From IMG/VR virus record IMGVR_UViG_3300047476_001426, positions 32,001 through 96,000 of that record: DNA of 64,000 nucleotides, one strand, 5' to 3'. Positions 46,386 to 54,349 of the stretch are shown here, in pieces (the first letter of the stretch is position 1; every line of letters starts with the position of its first letter). Source of the DNA: a virus. The notes beneath the pieces are model-generated. The model was not told where the DNA came from. It worked only from the letters and a program-made list of their open reading frames with translations, and did not search any database. The translations under genes were made by a program, and so were the position numbers.

Positions 46386-46457
46386 GGTCTCGTGGTGTAG
46401 CGGTAACATTACGGTCTCTAAAACCGATAGTCACGGGTTCAAATCCCGTCGGGACCA
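46386..46457 (+). tRNA. Amber suppressor tRNA (anticodon CTA)
   Basis: GGTCTCG/CGGGACC acceptor; CGGT-CTCTAAA-ACCG anticodon arm (CTA at 46418-46420); ACGGG-TTCAAAT-CCCGT. Confidence 0.88.
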
Positions 46458-46564
46458 CAACAAAAAAAAATATTTTTAAAAAAAATTACAAAAATACTTG
46501 TTTTTTAAAAAAAGTTTTGTATCTTTGTACCACAACAATAAATAATACATTTAATACGACATTT

Positions 46565-48637
46565 ATGACAACAAGAAATTTAGTTGCATTTCAAAAGAAT
46601 TTGGTGTGTTCACCAAACGACGGTCAAGATAACAGAATCGCTGTAGCAACCGTACAATCCCACCTAATGCAATGGGGTTACATGTTAGACGAAGACGCTT
46701 TCTTCGCATTAGCCAAATCAGATTTATCGTTTATTCAAAACTTCAATGATGAAGTGTTGAATCATTTGAAAAATGTAATGGGAGGTAAACGTAATTACCA
46801 ACCTTTATATAAAAACTTCCCACAAGAAGTGATGGTTATGTCCGACTTCGAATTGTACATGAATGCAATCATTCATTATTGGAGTAACGGTCAATGGGAA
46901 CCATCTACCCATACTTACGAAAAAGAAATCAAGTTTGAGAAAATCAAATACAACTTGATTAAGTATGGTACTTCGGAAAGATTCTCAAAAATCTTCACTG
47001 ACTTAGTGTCAATAAACACATCGTTAACTCCTCAAGACCTTGAGATTGTTAAATGGTTTGTTGAGAGCGGTGAAACATTAGTCTTCCCTGACACAATTCC
47101 ATTCAAAGAGAATTTGTGTACATTGGCGGCAATGGGAATCTCGGGATTACCAGTTAAGACTTCAACCGATGTGTTAAGAATCGCCGTTCATCTTTCAGGT
47201 GGTGATATTAGTTTACCAAAAGTTCCTCAAAAGGAAATTAGGGCAAGTGTATGGACCACCCAAAGGATTACGAATCCTGAAAGAGAAAAGTTTAAATTCA
47301 AGAAATTCTCTCGTAAAGAGAGAAAATACATCTTGGGTTTACTGGAGAACACAAACTGTGACCCACGTGAAATGGTTTTAAGAGACCAACGTTGGGTACG
47401 TTTAGGTGAAATATTACACCCGGGTGAATATAAAAACCAATTCCCTAAGTCTTTCGAGGCCTTCAACAAAATCCGAAACGAGAAAGTTAAATCTTGGTTC
47501 GCACTTGTTAACGAAGGTTTCAATAAAGGATTAGAGAATGGTTTGAGAGTTTTGTCTCAAAGACCTGGTGAGTTCTCTCGTAGAATGGATTGGTTGGTTC
47601 GTACATATCCAAAAGATATTGAACTGATTATGAAGTTCTTCGGAGAAGCGGTAAAAGGTACATCAAACAAAGTATTGTTTGAAGTTTACACTCACTTTGA
47701 AAATCGTACTGAACCTATGGATAATAGGTCTATTATGATAAAAGGGGCGAGAAAACGTACCACATTACCATCACTACCAGCAATCCCTAAAGAGATTGTG
47801 GAAACCATCCACTCTAAATTATTCGAAACACTTAGAGATAAGTTTTCGGTAATGGAATCTTTAGGTAACTGTTGGATTGATGAGGAATTGAAAAAAATTC
47901 CTTTACCAACCAACATGAGAAGTATGAACTTCTCAACTAAACCAACAATCAGAGGTCAAAGAGTTCCACTCGATAACCCTGATGCAAAAGTTATCAGACC
48001 GTTTGTTCATTGGATGGATAAACGTGGTAGCGAAGACTTGGATTTAAGTGTTACGTTTGTTGGTGAAAAGGTGTCAGAAGTACTATCTTTCAGTAACTTG
48101 AGAGTTGGTAAATCTTGTCACTCAGGGGATGTGAGACATAGACAGGGTCCTTGTGCCGAGTACATCGACATTGATATTCAAGATGCATTGAAAAGAGGAT
48201 TCAAATATGCAGTCATTGATGTGAGAAACTTCAATGGAGGTACTTTGAGTTCACTTGAAACGTCTTTTGGTATCATGGAACGAGAACACCCTGAATCAAA
48301 CAAAACATGGTTACCTGAAACAATTTCAAATTGTCAATCATTGGAATCAGCGTCGTCAAACACATTGATTTCTATTATTGACCTTGAAACTAAGGAGTAC
48401 ATCATGTTGGATATTGATTCATCAGGTTTCGTTACCGCAAGAGGTGACTTCAAACACACTCTTAAAGTGATTCAACAATACGCTGAATTACCAAAAGTAA
48501 GTGTTTATGACCTTATTCTTCTACACGTAGAAGGTCGAGGAAAACAAGTTACCCTTGATGAAAATGTCGACGTACACTTCAAGTACGAGGACTTCTGTTA
48601 CTCTTATGAGGAAACAGGAAAATTAATGGGTGTGTAA
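46565..48637 (+). CDS. Large alpha-helical protein with C-terminal TerD-like domain (Ro/TROVE-like candidate)
   Basis: ATG at 46565 after a TATCTTTG promoter (46520); EDLDLSV..HSGDV..AEYIDID TerD-type motifs; N-terminal helical region unassigned. Confidence 0.6.
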   Translation: MTTRNLVAFQKNLVCSPNDGQDNRIAVATVQSHLMQWGYMLDEDAFFALAKSDLSFIQNFNDEVLNHLKNVMGGKRNYQPLYKNFPQEVMVMSDFELYMNAIIHYWSNGQWEPSTHTYEKEIKFEKIKYNLIKYGTSERFSKIFTDLVSINTSLTPQDLEIVKWFVESGETLVFPDTIPFKENLCTLAAMGISGLPVKTSTDVLRIAVHLSGGDISLPKVPQKEIRASVWTTQRITNPEREKFKFKKFSRKERKYILGLLENTNCDPREMVLRDQRWVRLGEILHPGEYKNQFPKSFEAFNKIRNEKVKSWFALVNEGFNKGLENGLRVLSQRPGEFSRRMDWLVRTYPKDIELIMKFFGEAVKGTSNKVLFEVYTHFENRTEPMDNRSIMIKGARKRTTLPSLPAIPKEIVETIHSKLFETLRDKFSVMESLGNCWIDEELKKIPLPTNMRSMNFSTKPTIRGQRVPLDNPDAKVIRPFVHWMDKRGSEDLDLSVTFVGEKVSEVLSFSNLRVGKSCHSGDVRHRQGPCAEYIDIDIQDALKRGFKYAVIDVRNFNGGTLSSLETSFGIMEREHPESNKTWLPETISNCQSLESASSNTLISIIDLETKEYIMLDIDSSGFVTARGDFKHTLKVIQQYAELPKVSVYDLILLHVEGRGKQVTLDENVDVHFKYEDFCYSYEETGKLMGV

Positions 48638-48744
48638 TATCACCCACTAAGTTCTTTGAAATTTTGTAATAGGGGTTAATCAGGCGTAAATGGTTAACAT
48701 AAAAATGTAGTGAAGCTCGTTCCCTTCCTTACTAAAAAATATTA

Positions 48745-49257
48745 TATGTGGCTATGTGAGTCACTGAGAGGATAACGTTTACCTACTATAGAAATCACGG
48801 AGTGGTACTATTTTAGGTCTTAGAGAAGGTGAAAGTATCGGTGCAAACGTCTTACTTCTAACATACAACTATCAGATACAACGTTAGACACACAATCTCC
48901 ACATAACTTCTTAGACGGCTATGTATTGGGTTACTTCTATAAAATACAATTGGATGTAAAACCACCCGTACTCTTTCCGTCAACCATTTTAATGGCTACG
49001 TATTCAGTTACTTCTATCTTTGACTTCAACTCAAAACCGATTACTGATACATTTTCCATTTACTTTAGTTCTTTGATAAAAACATTGATGGCTATTGACC
49101 TTGTTACTTCTAGCTGGTTAACTCAGGTTCGATTCCTGAATTATCCTCGAAAGAGGGTGATTTATTACAAGTCATATTTCCATCTAACTTCTTTACCGGC
49201 TATGAGTGTAGTTACTTCTATCCTTTATTATACGATTTTACTCATTCAATTTCTGGT
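48745..49257 (+). ncRNA. Array of five Y-RNA-like RNAs sharing a GGCTAY...GTTACTTCT module
   Basis: Units 48745-48905, 48914-48981, 48991-49060, 49087-49184, 49195-49257, each closed by its own terminal stem. Confidence 0.75.
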
Positions 49258-49265
49258 TTTTATAT

Positions 49266-49389
49266 GAGGGGTGTAGCTCAGTTGGTAGAGCACGTATTAC
49301 TGGTTTAATTTCTGTTAATACGGCTATAAGCTAAGTTACTTCTTAGGCTGTTAACCTCGTGGTCGTAGGTTCGAATCCTACCACCCCTC
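49266..49389 (+). ncRNA. tRNA-Asn(GTT)-like RNA with the array module inserted in the anticodon stem
   Basis: AGGGGTG/CACCCCT acceptor, canonical D and T arms, CG[50 nt]AGG-CTGTTAA-CCTCG. Confidence 0.75.
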
Positions 49390-49450
49390 CTAATTGTTTC
49401 ATGTGAAACAATGATAAACAACAAATTAACAACATTTTAAAACAACAAAA

Positions 49451-49897
49451 ATGGCAAAAACAACAACCGACGAAAAAGTTAAACAATTGTTTGACCTCGT
49501 ACAAGAAAAAAAATTAGCAATCGAAAAGGCGGAAAGACCTTGTTGGAAAACAAGTTGTAATTTCGGATTCTCAGCAAATTCTGCACATGACAGGACATCA
49601 ATTCCATTAGTGACTGATGTTCGTAAACTCGTAGAAATGTACGCTTTCTTAATGGAAAGACGTGATAAATCTGAAAGTGCTGCGAAAGAGCTTGGAGTTG
49701 ATTACAATTTCACTTGGTTAGGATTTACAGTAGAGGAATGGAAAGACGATTTTCAAACTCGAGTGAATCAAATTTCAGTTCAAGAAAAACGTAAAGAACT
49801 CGCCGAATTAGAATCTCGTTTGAACGCAATTATTTCACCTGAATTAAGAGCACAAATGGAATTAGAGGCAATTGAAAAATTACTCAGTTCTAAGTAA
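49451..49897 (+). CDS. Coiled-coil hypothetical protein
   Basis: 148-aa ORF with an A-rich leader. Confidence 0.65.
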   Translation: MAKTTTDEKVKQLFDLVQEKKLAIEKAERPCWKTSCNFGFSANSAHDRTSIPLVTDVRKLVEMYAFLMERRDKSESAAKELGVDYNFTWLGFTVEEWKDDFQTRVNQISVQEKRKELAELESRLNAIISPELRAQMELEAIEKLLSSK

Positions 49898-49964
49898 AAA
49901 CTTTTCTTAGTTTTAAAAAACTAAGTGGTGGAGTCGTACCGAAAAACCGGTCGTCCTATTAAGT

Positions 49965-49992
49965 AAGGGGTTGGGAAACTGACCCCTTTTTT
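49965..49992 (+). terminator. Intrinsic terminator
   Basis: AAGGGGTT...GACCCCTT followed by TTTT. Confidence 0.75.
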
Positions 49993-50023
49993 AAATAAAA
50001 TAATTTATATATATTTACAATAT

Positions 50024-50743
50024 ATGAGAATAGTTTGTATATCCGATACCCACTCTTTACATCCGTATATGTCACACGACATACCGAATGGTGATATATT
50101 AATACATTCTGGTGATTGTACAAATATTGGTGAAGAAAATGATGTTCGCGAGTTTATTACTTGGTTCCAAAATATTCGGGGATTTAGTCATAAAATTTTT
50201 ATTGCAGGAAATCATGATTTTGCATTTGAAAGAGAACCTTCATGGTTGAATCTTTATACCGACCCAAATATTTTAACAGAACACAATGTGACATATTTGG
50301 AAGATAGTGAATTAGAGATTGTGAGTTCTGAATTTTCAAGACCAATAAAAATATACGGTAGTCCGTGGCAACCCGAATTTTACGATTGGGCTTTTAACTT
50401 ACCGAGAAATGGTGAAGTTTTGGCATCAAGATGGGCGGATATACCTGATAATACGGATATTTTAATTACCCATGGACCTCCACACGGTATTAGAGACTTT
50501 ACTCCCACAAATTTACAAGTAGGATGTGAATTACTAAGAAGTAGAGTTTTTGAAATAAGACCGTTATTACATGTTTTTGGACATATACACGGTGCTTATG
50601 GTGGTGTTGAGGTAGATGGTATTACTTTTGCAAATGCATCAATTTGTACTGAAAGATATAAACCAACAAATAAACCATTAGTTTTTGATTTAACAGAAAA
50701 TAATGGTAATTTTACAATTACATACGTAGACGAAGAAAATTAA
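50024..50743 (+). CDS. Calcineurin-like metallophosphoesterase (MPPED-like)
   Basis: ISDTH, HSGD, AGNHD, THGPP, FGHIH motifs. Confidence 0.88.
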   Translation: MRIVCISDTHSLHPYMSHDIPNGDILIHSGDCTNIGEENDVREFITWFQNIRGFSHKIFIAGNHDFAFEREPSWLNLYTDPNILTEHNVTYLEDSELEIVSSEFSRPIKIYGSPWQPEFYDWAFNLPRNGEVLASRWADIPDNTDILITHGPPHGIRDFTPTNLQVGCELLRSRVFEIRPLLHVFGHIHGAYGGVEVDGITFANASICTERYKPTNKPLVFDLTENNGNFTITYVDEEN

Positions 50744-50770
50744 TTATCTTTGTTTCGTTCTTTGATTTAT

Positions 50771-51167
50771 GGGGGTGTATGGAATCGATTGGCATTGATA
50801 TCCTAAATGGGCACGTAGTCGGACTTCATCTACGACTTAAATCTACGGTGGAAAAATTCAAACGGCAACGTTTACAACAACATGGAAGTAGCAGGTCTTC
50901 TTGCAACTTCTAAAGTTGCTGCCTAATCGGCAGTAACTAACGGGTCGGTGGACACATAACCTTGGAACAGAAGTCCTTACAGTGTAATACCACTTAGAGT
51001 GTTAGGAGAATGGCCTGACTGTCTCTTTAAATTATAGTCAGGAACAGGTTTGTTGTTTTTCTGTGTATGAAATCAAATATTTGTTGGTTGTGAATAACCA
51101 AATAAACGTGTAGTCCATTTATGGTATGATGAGCAAGACGCGGGTTCGAAACCCGCCACCTCCACCA
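50771..51167 (+). ncRNA. ssrA: tmRNA
   Basis: GGGGGTG/CACCTCC-A-CCA acceptor with G3:U70, T arm GCGGG-TTCGAAA-CCCGC, tag ORF 50864-50926 GNVYNNMEVAGLLATSKVAA*. Confidence 0.92.
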
Positions 51168-51170
51168 AAT

Positions 51171-51200
51171 AAGAAGGGGACCCTAAAGGTCCCCTTTTTT
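51171..51200. terminator. Bidirectional terminator between ssrA and the DUF2589-like genes
   Basis: AAGGGGACC-CTAAA-GGTCCCCTT with a T-run. Confidence 0.85.
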
Positions 51201-51687
51201 ATTGTTTTGTTGGATTAATATTTGGTTCAGACATATTTTGAATGTAACCATCTATGATTCTACTGACCGCTTCAGGTTTGTCATCTGATTTAAATTTTAC
51301 TTTAATCTTAGCCATTCCATAGTCGTCAATATTTTTACCTGAGTCAACTTTTATTCCTCTGATATTGTGTTTGTAATCTTTTTTCTTAAAAATCCCTAAA
51401 AGTGATTTTTTTAAATTTGATACATCACATGAATCATCGTCAAAAAGAAGTCTGGCGTCAAATTCGACATCCAATTCGTTTAACCCAATTGAAGAATGGT
51501 CCGCTAAAATATAATAAGGAACCACTATTTCTTTTTCCCCAACTTTAAAAGTTGTTGTTATTGGTGTACCATCTTCATTGAAATAATTTTTTAAATTATC
51601 AATGTGTTGTCTTTCACTAATACTTTGGGCAACCATAGCCGCCTCTAAAAGACCACCAATAAGTTCTTCAATATTTAATTTTGACAT
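51199..51687 (-). CDS. DUF2589-like protein
   Basis: LIGGLLEAAMVAQ..., VPYYILADHSSIGLNELDVEF pattern. Confidence 0.55.
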   Translation of the reverse strand: MSKLNIEELIGGLLEAAMVAQSISERQHIDNLKNYFNEDGTPITTTFKVGEKEIVVPYYILADHSSIGLNELDVEFDARLLFDDDSCDVSNLKKSLLGIFKKKDYKHNIRGIKVDSGKNIDDYGMAKIKVKFKSDDKPEAVSRIIDGYIQNMSEPNINPTKQ

Positions 51688-51742
51688 TATTAAAAATTAT
51701 GTTAATTAAATATAACACAATTTTTTGACAAAATCAAATACC

Positions 51743-52339
51743 TTATTTACTTGGGTCTGCCGTTAAAGGAATCAAAGATGGTTCTAACATCTGAGTAAGA
51801 TAATCAGACAACTTTAACATACCCTCAGTTGGTGGTAATTGTTCTGCGTGAACTTTAACTTCATATTTAGCTGAGTTATCTGTACTTCTTGTGTTTTCCT
51901 TATGAGTGGCAACTTTACCTGCAACAGTTGCTGAGAATTTCATACCCCACCAACTAGCAGATGCTGTCGCAGAATATGATGATTCACTATCAGAACTCTC
52001 TTGAGATGTTTCTGAAGTTTTAACTTCCATTGTAAATCCAATGTCGGCAGAAGTGATTGCTAAAGCCGGAAGTGGAACCAATGGTAACATTGGAACTTTA
52101 TTGTATAATTTTTGAATTTCTTGTTGACCTGTATCACCGTTTGTTACAACTCTATTCATTTCAACATCCAATGAACGAGCGGTAGTGTTACCGTCCTTAT
52201 CTTTTTCAAATGCAACTTCAGAGATGTATCTCCAAGTAACTTCATTTAATTTCGCTTGTCCTTTAGCCATACCGACAATTGGGGACACGATTAAGTCTTC
52301 AATAGGAAGACCCACAAATTGGTCTGCAATTCCTGCCAT
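51743..52339 (-). CDS. DUF2589-like protein
   Basis: FVGLPIEDLIVSPIVGMAKGQAKL, VPMLPLVPLPALAITSADIGF pattern. Confidence 0.65.
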   Translation of the reverse strand: MAGIADQFVGLPIEDLIVSPIVGMAKGQAKLNEVTWRYISEVAFEKDKDGNTTARSLDVEMNRVVTNGDTGQQEIQKLYNKVPMLPLVPLPALAITSADIGFTMEVKTSETSQESSDSESSYSATASASWWGMKFSATVAGKVATHKENTRSTDNSAKYEVKVHAEQLPPTEGMLKLSDYLTQMLEPSLIPLTADPSK

Positions 52340-52399
52340 AATTTTGTTTTTTTAGTTAATTTATATAACAATAAATATCATGAGTAATGGTAAAATCGT

Positions 52400-52603
52400 T
52401 TACCCAAATTTGACCAAACCTTTATATTGTTTTTTGATTTTATCAATTTCGTTCATCGCTTCAGTGTATGTTTTTTTAATCTCTTCATTCACTGTAAAAT
52501 CTAAAATTGTTTTACAATGTGGACAAGCGGAAACAGGATGTTTAATAATAAACTCTAAAGTTAATCCGAGTGGATTTTTACACATTGGACAAGGAAGTGC
52601 CAT
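52400..52603 (-). CDS. Zinc-ribbon protein
   Basis: CPMC and CPHC pairs. Confidence 0.7.
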   Translation of the reverse strand: MALPCPMCKNPLGLTLEFIIKHPVSACPHCKTILDFTVNEEIKKTYTEAMNEIDKIKKQYKGLVKFG

Positions 52604-52788
52604 GATATAATATATGAATGGAGATATTATTTATCAAGGATAAATAAATGAGGGGTATATAACGAACAAAGGAGTCGATTAAGACCCCCTTGCCGAGATG
52701 TGGATACCTCCTTTCGTTTTTAGTCTGATTATCATCTCATGGCGACCAAACCATTTGACTCTAATTATAAATATCTCGTAATCTTAAA

Positions 52789-53739
52789 TTATACGTATCT
52801 TTTGGCTAAAGTTTTTAACAAACCTATACCAATAACACCTGAAAGTGGGTTGAATCCTGAACCTTGTTCTTGTGATTCAATTTGACTTAAATCTTGGGGA
52901 TTTGTATTCTGAGCAATGTATTGACTGACTTGAGGGTCATTAGCCAACGCGGTTCTAAATTGTTCATTGTTCATCATATCATCTAATTGATTCATACTTA
53001 AATCAGGTAACCCGAACATTTTAGCAACTTCACTCGAAGCAACTATCGACCTAAACATGTCTCGTCTTGATTGTCTACCCGCTCTTGTTACATTCCACCA
53101 TTTACTCAACCAATTGCTTGGTTCCATACCTTTTTTTGCAACATATTGAGCCAATTTTTCATCTCTAAAAAAAGATTTCATTCCTGTTGCAACTGGTCCC
53201 TTACCTGTTAACATTTTAAGGTACCCTGCAGGTTGTTGACTTGCAATTTCTTTACCAATTCTCTGTGTTAACTGTACGGGTCTTAATTTTGATGCGGTTT
53301 GTTTTAATGAACCAATACCATCTGACATTTTTTGTGCCCATGACTTATTAATACCACCAACCGCATTGATGGTTTGTTTTACACCGGCATCATCAAAGTG
53401 TTTTGACATCTTTAAAAATTGTTCTTTTGCACTTGGATTTTGCATCAAATATTTTACTAAATCATCACTACTTCTCATTGCGGTTTTTCCAGCAACACCA
53501 GCACCTTTTAATACTCTGATAAATGGTTTTACAATGAAATCACCAACTGTTGGTATTAAAGCGATTAACATAAGTCCTGCGTAGATATACTCTTTTTTGT
53601 AGATATATCTAATGATTAGAATTATATCGGCGATTTCACCGATAATAGGGACAAAACCTGCAACCATTAAAATATTTTCAAGAGTGTCCTCCTTCAATAC
53701 TTGTCTATTTTCTAATATTTGTTTTTTAGTAAGTTTCAT
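52789..53739 (-). CDS. Probable virion protein with hydrophobic pre-toxin-TG-like segment
   Basis: LMVAGFVPIIGEIAD...ALIPTVGD repeats. Confidence 0.5.
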   Translation of the reverse strand: MKLTKKQILENRQVLKEDTLENILMVAGFVPIIGEIADIILIIRYIYKKEYIYAGLMLIALIPTVGDFIVKPFIRVLKGAGVAGKTAMRSSDDLVKYLMQNPSAKEQFLKMSKHFDDAGVKQTINAVGGINKSWAQKMSDGIGSLKQTASKLRPVQLTQRIGKEIASQQPAGYLKMLTGKGPVATGMKSFFRDEKLAQYVAKKGMEPSNWLSKWWNVTRAGRQSRRDMFRSIVASSEVAKMFGLPDLSMNQLDDMMNNEQFRTALANDPQVSQYIAQNTNPQDLSQIESQEQGSGFNPLSGVIGIGLLKTLAKRYV

Positions 53740-54338
53740 TAGTGAATAAATTTACAAAGTTTGTCTGCAATGGTCTCTCCCATGTTGGAATCTCTAATTA
53801 CTTCCCCGAACATGTTACCCGCGTATCCCGAAGCAATACCACCTAAGTCAAGACCATAATTATTTCTATCAACACCAATGGTACTACCAGCAATGTATCT
53901 TGATAACGCTTCTAAAACACTATCAATCATTTTTGGCATATGAGTTGAGCAATTTGACATGTCCTTGAATGGTAATAATATATCTCTCACATCGTAATCA
54001 GCGAACACTACCGATATTGTCGTTATTATTCCCTGATTTTTCCCACCAAAAACATATGTTAATAATACATTAATCACATATTCTTTAATTTGAGAACCAC
54101 CAGCACTTAATAAATTACCACTAATATCTACATTCGAAAGAGGATTCTCAACTCCCTGAATCGCAGATTCAACTTCTTCAATTGAATAACCTTCATTCAA
54201 AAGATTTGATGTGATGAAAAAATAACGTTCAAGAAAATACTCTTTATCTCTGATGTCATTTAACTCATCATACGAAGAATGTAATTTTCTTTCTCTTTCC
54301 TCAAGTAAAGTTTCGTTTATGTATTTTCTTAATTCCAT
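53739..54338 (-). CDS. Hypothetical protein
   Basis: 199-aa ORF coupled to neighbours. Confidence 0.55.
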   Translation of the reverse strand: MELRKYINETLLEERERKLHSSYDELNDIRDKEYFLERYFFITSNLLNEGYSIEEVESAIQGVENPLSNVDISGNLLSAGGSQIKEYVINVLLTYVFGGKNQGIITTISVVFADYDVRDILLPFKDMSNCSTHMPKMIDSVLEALSRYIAGSTIGVDRNNYGLDLGGIASGYAGNMFGEVIRDSNMGETIADKLCKFIH

Positions 54339-54349
54339 TGTTAATTATT

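Noticed and set aside
37685-46457. Theta (HDV-like) ribozymes at tRNA 3' ends
   Set aside because: I looked after each tRNA, including the suppressor, and could not assemble the nested double pseudoknot by eye; a descriptor search is still worthwhile.
48745-49389. CRISPR array
   Set aside because: The repeated words are short, split and embedded in individually paired stems; there are no constant-length repeats or spacers and no cas genes in the window.
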